Part shown: positions 30,352 through 39,620 of the stretch, one piece after another | How positions within the stretch are numbered: the first letter of the stretch is position 1 | Layout of the letters: every line of letters starts with the position of its first letter | Origin: Vicugna vicugna | Taxonomy: Eukaryota | Direction of reading: 5' to 3' | Length of the DNA stretch: 64,000 nucleotides | Assembly: GCA_013265495.1 (NCBI GenBank) | Contig: MU058226.1 | Coordinates: 582,741 to 646,740 of the forward strand | Made by a program: the position numbers and the translations under genes | The notes under the pieces: generated by a model | Told to the model about the DNA's origin: nothing | What the model saw: the letters and a program-made list of their open reading frames with translations, nothing else | Database searches by the model: none

Positions 30352-30441
30352 TTTTAATTTTTTTCTAACGGAGGAGGATTGAAACCAGGATCTCCTGCAA
30401 TGCTAAGCAGGCACTCTACCACTGAGCTATATCCCTCCCCC
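30352..30441 (-). mobile_element. Vic-1-like SINE
   Basis: Reverse-oriented tRNA-like head (ctctaccactgagctatatccctcccc) with T-rich tail. Confidence 0.8.
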
Positions 30442-30459
30442 TCATAACTTTTCTAAAAA

Positions 30460-30620
30460 ATTTTATTTATTTATTTTACGTTGTCTTTTTTGTGGGGAGG
30501 GAGGTAATTAGGTTTATTTTTATTTATTCATTTTTTTAATGGAGGTACTGGGGATTGAACCTAAAACCTCCTGCATGCTAAGCAGGCACCCTACCACTGA
30601 GCTATATCCTCCCCACCCCC
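30460..30620 (-). mobile_element. Vic-1-like SINE (long form)
   Basis: gaggtaattaggtttattt...aatggaggtactggggattgaacc...ccactgagctatatcctcccc. Confidence 0.85.
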
Positions 30621-30992
30621 ATAACTTTTTAATAAATCTCTTTTACTTGAATTTTTGTCTCAGGATCTGCTTCCTGGGCATCCAAGCTAAAACACCACAT
30701 GTGGTTTGCTACAGACTATTGCAGCTACTTTGTACTGCGCATGTGCTGTAAGGGGACTGTTGCCTAAGGCTGTACAGATTAAGCTCTCACTTAATTTGCA
30801 CAATAACCCTATTGTTATCACCGTTTCTCAGAATAGAAGAGGTTACCATGACTCAGGCAAAGTCATACAGGGTACAAATGGCAACACTGGGATTTGAACT
30901 CAGGTCCATCTTGATTTTAGCTACATTATCCCATCTCGCTAGTCATCTATGTAACTCTGACACAGGTTAGTTTCTGGGCCTTCATGGACCCC

Positions 30993-31670
30993 ATTATTAG
31001 TCAGAGTTCTCCACAGAAACAAAACCAATAGAATATACATGGAGATTTATTATAGAAATTGGCTCCTGAGATTGTGGAGGATGAGAATTTCCCCGGTCTG
31101 CCATCTGCAAACTGAATAGCAGGGTGGGAGAATATAGCTCAGTGGTACAGCGCATGCTTAGCATACATGGGATCCTGGGTTCAATCCCCAGTACCTCCAT
31201 TAAAATAAATAATAAGCAAACCTAATTACCTTCCCCACCCCCAAATAAACAAACAAAACTGGAGAACAGGGAAAGCCAGTGGAGCAATTTAATCTCAGCT
31301 GAAGTTGTGAGAACCGGGGGAGCTGATGGTTGTTAAGTCCCAGTATGAGTGCAGAGGCCTGAGAATCAGGGGGCTGGTCCAAAGACCAAGAGCCAGGAGC
31401 GCTGATGTGATGTCTGAGGGCAGGAGAAGATGGACGTTCTAGCTTAAACAGGGAGCGGATTTGCCCTTCCTCCACCTTTTCGTTCTGTTCAGCCCTCGCT
31501 GATTGGATGGTGCCCACCTTCGTGAGGGCGATCTTCTTTACTTCGTCTGCCAGTTCAAACACAAATCTCTTCCAGAAACAGCATCACCGACACACCTGAA
31601 TATCCTGTTTCACCAGCTCTCTGGGCATCTCTTAGCCCAGGCAAACTGACATATAAAGTGAACCATCACA
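30993..31670 (-). mobile_element. MLT2 (ERVL) solo LTR interrupted by a SINE
   Basis: Plus strand starts tattagtcagagttctccacagaaacaaaaccaatag and ends tgacatataaagtgaaccatcaca, the reverse of the MLT2 start TGTGATGGT...TATGTCA. Confidence 0.75.
31121..31257 (+). mobile_element. Vic-1-like SINE nested in MLT2
   Basis: tatagctcagtggtacagcgcatgcttagcatacatgggatcctgggttcaatccccagtacctccattaaaa...cctaattacc. Confidence 0.85.
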
Positions 31671-32344
31671 TACATGATCTATGAATGGCTGAATTCATTA
31701 ATGAATGGTGAGTTTGAGCAGGAGAGAGTAGGTCAAAATGGTTAGAGTGAAGGGACTGTAGTCTGGAGAAGAGGCAGATATCATTGGACAGGTAGGTTGG
31801 GGGAAATTAGAGGTCTTGGTGCCCGGGCTCGGGAGCTCATATCTGAAAGTCTTTCTCCTCTGCTAGAACTGAGCCCAGTGGTGGGGAGACACACGGACAT
31901 AACTGGGTGTACCACAGTGGGGAAGTATGGGATGGAAGGGAAGAAGAAATCTGGACCCCTCAAACTGACCCTCAGCAACTTCCCAAGCCAGTAAGATGGA
32001 GTTCATTGGGAATGGAAAGAGAAAAAAATTCTCAAAGGAGAGAGAAAGTAAGGGAAAGAGCTGAGTCCCTGATGTAACCCAGGAAAGGATCTAGGGCTCT
32101 TTATATTGTGTGGTTTGGTCTTCATTGCCACCACATTATGTTGGTTTCCATGTCTCTCCCCTTGTAAAGTACGAGCTTCTTGAGGGCAGGGATTGTGCTT
32201 TGTCTGTCTTCGGATGTCTTACTTCTCTCCTAGTTCCTGGCCCAGATTATTAGCGCCATTTCACAGACGAAGAGCCCACTGTTAACAGAGGTAACTCACC
32301 TGTCCAAGACATAACACAAGTGCCAAAGTCAAAACTGGATGCTG

Positions 32345-32488
32345 TGGGGAGGGTGTAGCTCAGTGGTAGAGTGCCTGCTCAGCATGCACGAGGTCCGGGG
32401 TTCAATCCCTAGTACCTCCATTAAAAATAAATAGATAAATAAATAAATAAGCTTAATTACCCCCCACTCCCAAACAAACAAACAAACA
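32345..32488 (+). mobile_element. Vic-1-like SINE with 12-bp target-site duplication
   Basis: Full head and tail; TSD AAAACTGGATGC at 32331-32342 and 32489-32500. Confidence 0.9.
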
Positions 32489-33721
32489 AAAACTGGATGC
32501 AGGCTCCAAAACAATTCTTCCCAGTTTGACACAAGAGGTGGGTGAGTGGGAGAGGGAAGAGGAGGCAAGAAGTAAACTGGAGATTTTAATACCTATTAAT
32601 AGACAGCAGGTATTGGCACCTAAAAATGGGAGGAGGCTGAGTGGGACTGAATGGTAAGGAACTGACACAGCGAACCCATTGTGCCAGTTTATCCATTCAG
32701 ATTAGACAATGCTGATTCTTTCTCATCCGCCTTGGCTGATCTCCACCTAGGAGTGAATGCAATGAGGACACCACTGCATCTTATGTCAACGTGGAGTCAT
32801 AGGATTATATAATAGAATAGGATCACAGACTTAGAGAACAATAGCTCAGAACTTTGGACATGGCAGGTAGTCAATAAATGCTTAACCAGTGAGAACATAG
32901 AACCCAGAACTAGTATCATGGTATAATCTAATTATAGAAGCTGAGTTACCTTGAGAAAACATTGGGTACAGCCCTCAGCCTTTGGACAGGCAAATAATGT
33001 CTTTGGGCTAGACAGAAGAGATGTCTAGTTCAAAGACATTGTCTGTTCTCCTTTGAAGATTTTTTGGGGTGGGGGGAAACTCCAAACCACTCATTTGTTT
33101 CTTTATTTTTCCATATAATGATCATTTATTAAGCATCTACTGTTTGGGATGATAGGTGATGGTGACAATTCCAGGGAGAAGTTTTGGTCCTCCCTGCCGT
33201 CAAGGAGCTCTGTGTCTAGAAAGGAAACAAAGATGTAAATCACGGCAATAAAATGTGATAAAAGTTAAATTAGAGAGGGGCACACCCTGAGGTAGGATCC
33301 CAGGAGGGAAGTCCTAACTCCTCTGCCAATTTCATGTTTCAAATTCATTTGACCAAAGACTTGCTTTAGTATACACTTAGGCTCTCTTACTGTACACTTA
33401 TCACCCTAATCTTTAATTAAGTGCCCACCAGGTGCCTAGCACTGGCTCAAATAACTTGTTGAATTAAACCAAACCCATCTCCTAAGGCTTTTCCAGCTAA
33501 CATCCTTCTGTTCTGTGGTGTAATTTCAGCCCCTGTGAGGGGGACAGACAGAACAGTGTAATGATGAAAGCGTCAGACTGTCACTCAAGTCCTTGTTCCT
33601 ACTCTGCCATCTGTTCTCTGTGTGGCCTTGGGATGTGACTAGGGGATTTCTTCAATAATCTCTAAAATTCCCATGCAATGCTGATAGCCTAAATTCCTTG
33701 TCTGTGGTATTCCAAGATCTA

Positions 33722-33737
33722 CCACCAGAGGGCAGCA
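33722..33737 (+). promoter_or_regulatory. Putative CTCF site
   Basis: CCACCAGAGGGCAGCA closely matches the CTCF core CCASYAGRKGGCRS. Confidence 0.6.
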
Positions 33738-33774
33738 CAAAGACTCCTCCAAGGTGTTTCCCTCCAGAGCCCTC

Positions 33775-36700
33775 ATTTGGCGTCTAACATCATCCACTCC
33801 CCGGGTACTCGGTCAAGCCCTTCTTAGTCTCCAGGATGACCCCTCTAAGGTGAGTCAGGCACCTGGGATGACAGGAGGCAGGCTCTGGCGACCTAAGGGA
33901 AATTCAGGCACAGGCTATTTGGCCGAGTGGTCCACACCTTCATTACTTATTCTTTCTCTCATTGCCAACTGAGTTCCTTCCATGAGCCGGGAAGTGCTCT
34001 AGAGCTGTGGATACAGCGGTGAGTCAGAGAGGAGGGCCTCGCCTGCAGGGGCTTACCTTCTGGGGAGGGGGAAGTGAACAATAGGCAGATGTATACGTGA
34101 TGTATGTAATAGGATATCTTGTGGAGATAAGAGCTATGCAGGGGGAGGGTAGGGCTCAATGGTAGAGTGCATGCTGAGCATGCAGGAGGCCCTGGGTTCA
34201 ATCCCCAGTACTTCCATTAAGAAATAAATAAATAAACCTAATTACCTCCCCCTCGCCCTCGCAAAAAGGGGCTATGAAGAAAAATAAGGCAGAGGAAGGA
34301 AACAGTCATAAGTGTGGGGATGAAGTGGAGCAGTTTTAATAGGGAAGTCAGGGAGGGCTTCCACCAGGACTGCATGAAATGAGGGACTGAGTTGGGTCAT
34401 GTAAATACCCAAGGAGAAGAGGAAAAGCTAGCTTGGTGCTGTGTGCAGAATACCGCATCAGGATTCCGGGTAAAGTCCCCGGCTACTGGTAGTAGGCATC
34501 ATCTTCACACCCTGAACTTGCGTCTGCAGCTCCAAAGGATAAATAATAATTTCTGTCTCCTAGGAGCATTGAGGGAATCAAGATCCACCCTCTACGTGCA
34601 GATGTTTGTGACCAGCTGATGGATACACACTGTCAAGGAGTCAGGGAGTCAGTGTCCTTCTCTGGTTCTGGTCCTGGGGTCCCAGAGAACAGAGCTGGGC
34701 ACGGGATGCCAGTCTCTCCAGTAGGATTCTGGGTTTCCTGGTCACCTGTGTGTGCAGGTGATGCATCAGGTGACAGGGACACACTGGAGGAAGCTCCCTG
34801 CCTATAAGACACTCTCAGCCAGAGGGATTTAGACAGGCTGGAAGGAGGGGAGAAGACGCTGATCCCACCCCCAGAAGCTCTGAGGGCCACACCCTGTTTA
34901 GCAGAAGTCCTTCCAGCCTCTCCCGAAAACACATTCAGACTGTGCCCTGGTTCTCTCTCACCCTCTCCTGCTGGATCAGGAGGGAGCTGGGTCTCTATTC
35001 TGGGTGACCAATAACAATAAAATGCATTAATAGTGACTGTGGGAAAGAATGACTATTTAATAGGTGAGCATCATGAGCAGACAATGAGTGCTGGTTTCTC
35101 TAACACTTGTTCCACAGAGCAGAGAGGATGAAAAATATTATTGTTACTCTAAGAGCTAATCACAGCCTCCACATGCACCTCCTCATGAGACAAGAGGGCT
35201 GGTGGCCAAATCAGATGTGACTTAAACAGAGCGATGAAGTCTTGAACTCAAGGACCATGACTGTCACTCAGCTGACTCCCTATTGTTTGCAGGAATTGGT
35301 GGGAAGGGAGAAGGATGGGGGAGGAGGGAAAGGAAACGGGAGTGGGGGTACAGATAGCCTGGTGGGCAGAGCTCCCACCTGCCACATCTTCCTCTGCAGG
35401 ATTCACTGGCTGAAGATGGCCCTGGCTCTGACACCAGCCCTCACTCCCATGTCCCAGCTGCAGTGCCCTTCGTCCATTGGAAGTTGCTAGTGGGGCTGCT
35501 AAGATGGTGAGAACAGGGCCAGGGGAAAGCAAATGTGGATACTGTCCAGGCCAAGTTCCAGGAGGTCAGTCCTAGAGGAGAGAGTGATGGCCCAGGGAGC
35601 CAAGTGGAGAAGAAAGAAGGTGTGGCTGAGTATGGACCACGCCACTGAGTAGATTTGAGGAAGTAGATGTATTTTGATGGGGTGGAGACTGCTCTCCAGA
35701 GCCGTGATTCTCAGCTAGAGGCAACATGTTGCGCTGGGGTGAGATTCCCTAAATGAATCACCTTGGGGGGTTTTTGTAAGGACACAGCACTGCCTACCCC
35801 ACCCCAGCATCAAATCAAAGCCTTGTCCAGGGGAAATCCCAGTACTTCCTCATCGCAGCCACATGAGCTCTGCTGTTTGTCAATGGAAGTGTGCTGCCTC
35901 CTGCAGAGGACAGAGCTCATCCAGGGGAGAGAAGAGAGGCTCAAGGGAGAAGAGTCAACCATGAGGAATGAGGGCGGGACAGGCAGGCCCACGAGAGAGC
36001 GCTGGTGAGTGGCTCTGCGTCAGAGCAAAGTTCATGAGCCTGCTGCCCCTGCCCGGCTAGACCAAGCATTCTTGGAGGCCAGGCTTTGGCCATTGGTGTA
36101 TCCCTGCCAGCACCTCTAGTGAGCTTTGCAAGTAGTAGACATGGGGAGGGGTGGAAGGCATGAAACAGAGGAAGAAGATGTGGTCCAGACAAAGGCAGAA
36201 GAGGGGAGGGTGACCTGGACATGTTCATTCATTCTTTCTTTCCAAAAAATCGCCAAGTGCCTAAGTGCTTGGGATTCAGTGGACAGACATGTGTTTTGCC
36301 CCCTGCCATGGAGCCTTACAGTCCAGGGCCGAAAGGTTTGGTGGCATTTTGAGGCCAGGCAGGGGCTGCGTAGATGATGTACTGCAGAATCTATCTGAGG
36401 AGAGGGTAAAGGAGTCAGACCAGGTGGAATGTGGATTCGGCCTTGATCGTCTACCCCAGGGAAGGAACTCCAGAGGCAGGTAGAGAAGGGGAGACTAAAC
36501 TGAATGAAGTTCAGCCAGTCCTACGGGCACACCTGGGCAAAGGAGGGGCCATCCAGCCCTGAGTGGGTAGGAACCTCTGAATGTAAATGCATCCTCTCCT
36601 TCTATGTTCCGGGTCCTGAGAGGGACCAGGTGGAAAGTGTGGATGACTCAGGGCCACCCATCCCCACCATGGGAGAAACAACTCAGGGGGTCGACCCTCC

Positions 36701-37940
36701 TGGGATTGGATCCAGAGTGTTGGCTCCCCCGTGTGAGGGAGGGATGAGCCTACCACAGGCAGAGGGGGTGTGATGGAGAGAGAGAGAGCAGGAGAGGAAA
36801 ACAGCTTTGACTGGAGCAGAGCAGAGCCGGGTGCAGAGGAGGGAGAGCCCGCAGGTCCTGGAGCCCAGGGTGGCCCGGGGAGGGCCTCTCTACCTCTGCC
36901 CACCACAAAATAACCTTTCAGGCCTTTCCTCTTCCTATTTTTTTCACTCCTTTTCTCCCTCTCTCAAGCCTATGCCTGAGGTCTGCCAAGAACCCCTGCA
37001 TGGAACACCTGTTCTAGAATGTCTGTCCGGACTTTTAGGCCCTGGGTGAAATGCAGGGGAGAAAATGTTGAGTGGGAGGGGGTTTCTCACTCAGGACTTA
37101 ACCTCTGAGACTTTGATGACACACAGGAATTTGTACACATTCTTACAGGGCTTAAGGAACCTGAAGTCAGCCCATGGGCCCCAGCCATTAATTTATGGCA
37201 TGGTGTAAGCTACACGGAGAAATGGGACCTGTGTGGATTGGGTCTGAGTCCTTTCCAAACTCTTTGGCTTGTTACCAGCTGGTTTGGTTAAATAATTTTA
37301 ACAGTTTTGTCATCTGTGAAATGCGGGATTAAAAACACTGACCTGTAGGGCTAGGATTAAACACCAGAGCACATGTCAAGTACATAGGATGATATGTGGC
37401 CCACAGTCGGCAGTCAGGAAATGGTGGTTTTCTGCCCCAAAGACTCCTCTCTGACTCGGGTCTTCCCCACCGAGAGCATTCAGCTCCCGCTCGGTTCCCG
37501 TGTGCTCCTTCAGCCCGGCGTCACAATCACCTCCCGTGCTGGGCCACCACGCAGCCTGTCCACTCTCCAAAACCGCTGTTCCTCTGCGTGTGCATGTCCC
37601 ACGCCAACCCAAGCCAGCGCTCCTTCTAAATTTACCTTCAGCACCGCCAAGGCCCTCAGTCTGAGCCACCTGCTCCCTGTTCTTCTCAACATACTCCTCA
37701 AGGTCCAGGGGAAGTCCGGCCACCTCCTCGAAGCCAAGTGCCTGCCCTCTTTCTTCACACCAACCTCCTCTTGGTGCTTTGCGTTCTTGGCTGGACTGCA
37801 GCCCCTCCAGGGCAAGGACTGTTCATCTTCCTCCTTGTTGCAACTTCCAGAGCCCAGCACAGGACCACGCGCACCGAACCAATGCCTCGTGCAGAACACA
37901 GCAGCACAGAGCAGCCAGGGTGGCTTGGAGTGGACGCAAT
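33775..37940 (-). pseudogene. Unprocessed, decayed angiopoietin-like 4 (ANGPTL4/3/8 family) paralogue
   Basis: Ordered minus-strand exon remnants: E1 ~37940-37636 (LLCAA..GPV, MN/VLA..LQ, LEEYVEKNREQV; donor GTAAAT); E2 37041-36915 (LKVRTDILEQVFH); E3 36749-36668 (..RVDPLSCFSH, phase 0 to 1); E4 ~36125-36013 (LTR.CWQGYTNGQ...LMNFALT); E5 35900-35803 (GG.....W.....GF....G); E6a 35571-35379 (W/LGLDSIH, ALQL/DWE, HLQPVNPAEEDVA); E6b ~34837-34613 (FS...QDQNQRR); E7 33862-~33775 (GA*, RGVI/WR...EYP...MML). Many frameshifts and stops. Confidence 0.8.
34141..34267 (+). mobile_element. Vic-1-like SINE
   Basis: gggggagggtagggctcaatggtagagtgcatgctgagcatgcaggaggccctgggttcaatccccagtacttccattaag...cctaattacc. 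Confidence 0.85.
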
Positions 37941-39057
37941 CAGCCTTCTTCAGATATGGGACAGGGGCCTGAGGTCTCCTGCTTATAGAAGGCACGTACT
38001 TTAAGCTGGGTTCTGTCTGGTTGGGGGCTGCCTGGGGCCACCCTCACTCTCTCACTCATTGGCGGGGTTTGGGGTAGACTCTGGCTAGGAAATACAGCAG
38101 ATGCATCTGCACCACCTGGGCGGTGTCTAACTGGTGAGCATCCCAGAAGGTGGTCCTGGTTTGGGTGGGCACTCGGCAAATGTCCCTCCCCCGCCATCCT
38201 TGGCCTCATTAGCTTCAGATCTTTGCTGTGTGAGCTGAGAGGAGACCCAGGGACACAGCAGAGTGAAATACATCAAGGCTGATTTCAGTAAGAAGGAGGG
38301 AGAGCTGAGGAGAGGCATTCAGAGGGCCCACGTGTGGGCAGGCAGCGAGGGAATGGGGCAGACGTGGGTGGTGGGATGGGTGGACCGGGGGGATGGGGTG
38401 GACAGGAGGACAGCAGTTGGGAGGAGGAATGTGGCCGCACCACTGGGCTGTGTGGGTGGCAGGAGATATGGCGAGAAGCCCAGAGAGGCTGTGCCTCCTT
38501 CAGCCCTGGCTGTCCTGGCCCAGGTCTGACAGCATCCTTGGGAGGGATGGGAGGAAGAAAACAAGACAAGCGTCGCTACCTGTTTGTGCTGGAAAAGGGT
38601 ATCCCACAGGGCCGGCTGTGCCTCCTCTTCACCCCACACACAAGGCTCCCAGGGCCCCTCCCTCCTTCCCCACTGGAAACAGAGCAAGTGGGGCCTGAGA
38701 GTCTAGGGAGGAACTGACTTTCAGAAGGAGCAACATCATTTTAAATAGCACCCCTGTGTGCATGGTGTGACTGCTGCTCTGCAGAGGGTGGGGGTGGGCA
38801 GGGGAAATCCTTTAGCTCAGCTGGACTGGAGGCTCCAGAGAGGGCCTGGGGTTGTGGGCGAGCCCATTTCATGCTATACAGAAAAAAATTTGTTTTTTTA
38901 ATCTATTTTTACATATAGTAGTTAATATTTGCAAATCTCAAACTCCCAATTTATCCCTTCCCATCCCCTTTCCTCCTGGTAACCATAAATTTGTCCATTT
39001 AATCTTTCTGGTAATTTCCTATTTGATCCTCATAATAGTTCTGCAAGCTAGGCATAA

Positions 39058-39176
39058 TTTGTTTATTTTTATTTTTAATTTTTAAAAATGGAGGTATTGG
39101 GGCTTAAACCTAGGATCTGGTACATGCTAAGCACATGCTCTAACACTGAGCTATACCCACCCCCACCCCCACCCCC
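39058..39176 (-). mobile_element. Vic-1-like SINE beside a MIR fragment
   Basis: Reverse head and T tail; TSD TAGGCATAA at 39049-39057 and 39180-39188; MIR core follows at ~39195-39300. Confidence 0.8.
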
Positions 39177-39439
39177 AGGTAGGCATAAATTATAAGATTC
39201 CCATTTTACAGATGAGAACACTGAAGTTCAGAAAGGTTTGGTGAGTTGCCCAAAGCCAGGAGTTTAGCTGGAACTTGAACCCAGGTTATACCGATTCTCA
39301 AACCAGCGTTGTTTTTCTTTTTCCCTCCTCCCTGCACCAACCCTCTTCAGGGGACATTGTCTCATCACTCCCTGTCCCCAGAACTCCCACAGACCCTCTC
39401 CCTTCCACTTCCATTGTGGGTGCTAGCAGACCGTCACGA

Positions 39440-39620
39440 GCTGGATTAGAAGGTAACTACTAGCCGCATGTGGTTATTTACATCTAAATTAATTAAATTA
39501 AGTAAAATGATAAATTCAGCTTCTCCCTTTGGTCACACTAGCCTCATTTCACATGCTCAGGAGCCACAGGTGGCTGCTGTATTGGACAGCACAGAAAGTG
39601 CTATGGACAGTGCTGGGCTG
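39440..39620. mobile_element. hAT-Charlie non-autonomous element (MER3/MER33-like)
   Basis: actagccgcatgtggttattta...aaattaattaaattaa...ctagcctcatttcacatgctc...tattggacagcacag. Confidence 0.6.

Noticed and set aside
31121..31200. tRNA-like sequences with A and B boxes (this copy and about eleven others)
   Set aside because: They carry A-rich tails, TSDs and copy-to-copy divergence, so they are SINEs, not tRNA genes.
35380..35500. C-type-lectin-like (FQWTKGT...EPG) and Ig-like (DEGHC) readings
   Set aside because: Isolated matches in alternative frames with no supporting exons; the fibrinogen-domain reading is collinear with the flanking exons.
36533..36615. Alternative candidate for exon 3 of the ANGPTL4-like fossil
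   Set aside because: It has AG/GT ends but no peptide similarity; 36749-36668 fits both the phase and the VDP...H ending.
37770..37845. TRIM B-box-like reading CNKEEDEQSLPWRGCSPAKNAKH in ORF 37510..37995
   Set aside because: Zinc ligands are missing and no RING or B30.2 exons were found; other frames of the same DNA give the ANGPTL SE1 motif consistent with the neighbouring exons.
37394..37972. 192-aa plus-strand ORF
   Set aside because: Non-ATG start, no recognisable domain; it is the antisense shadow of the fossil exon 1.
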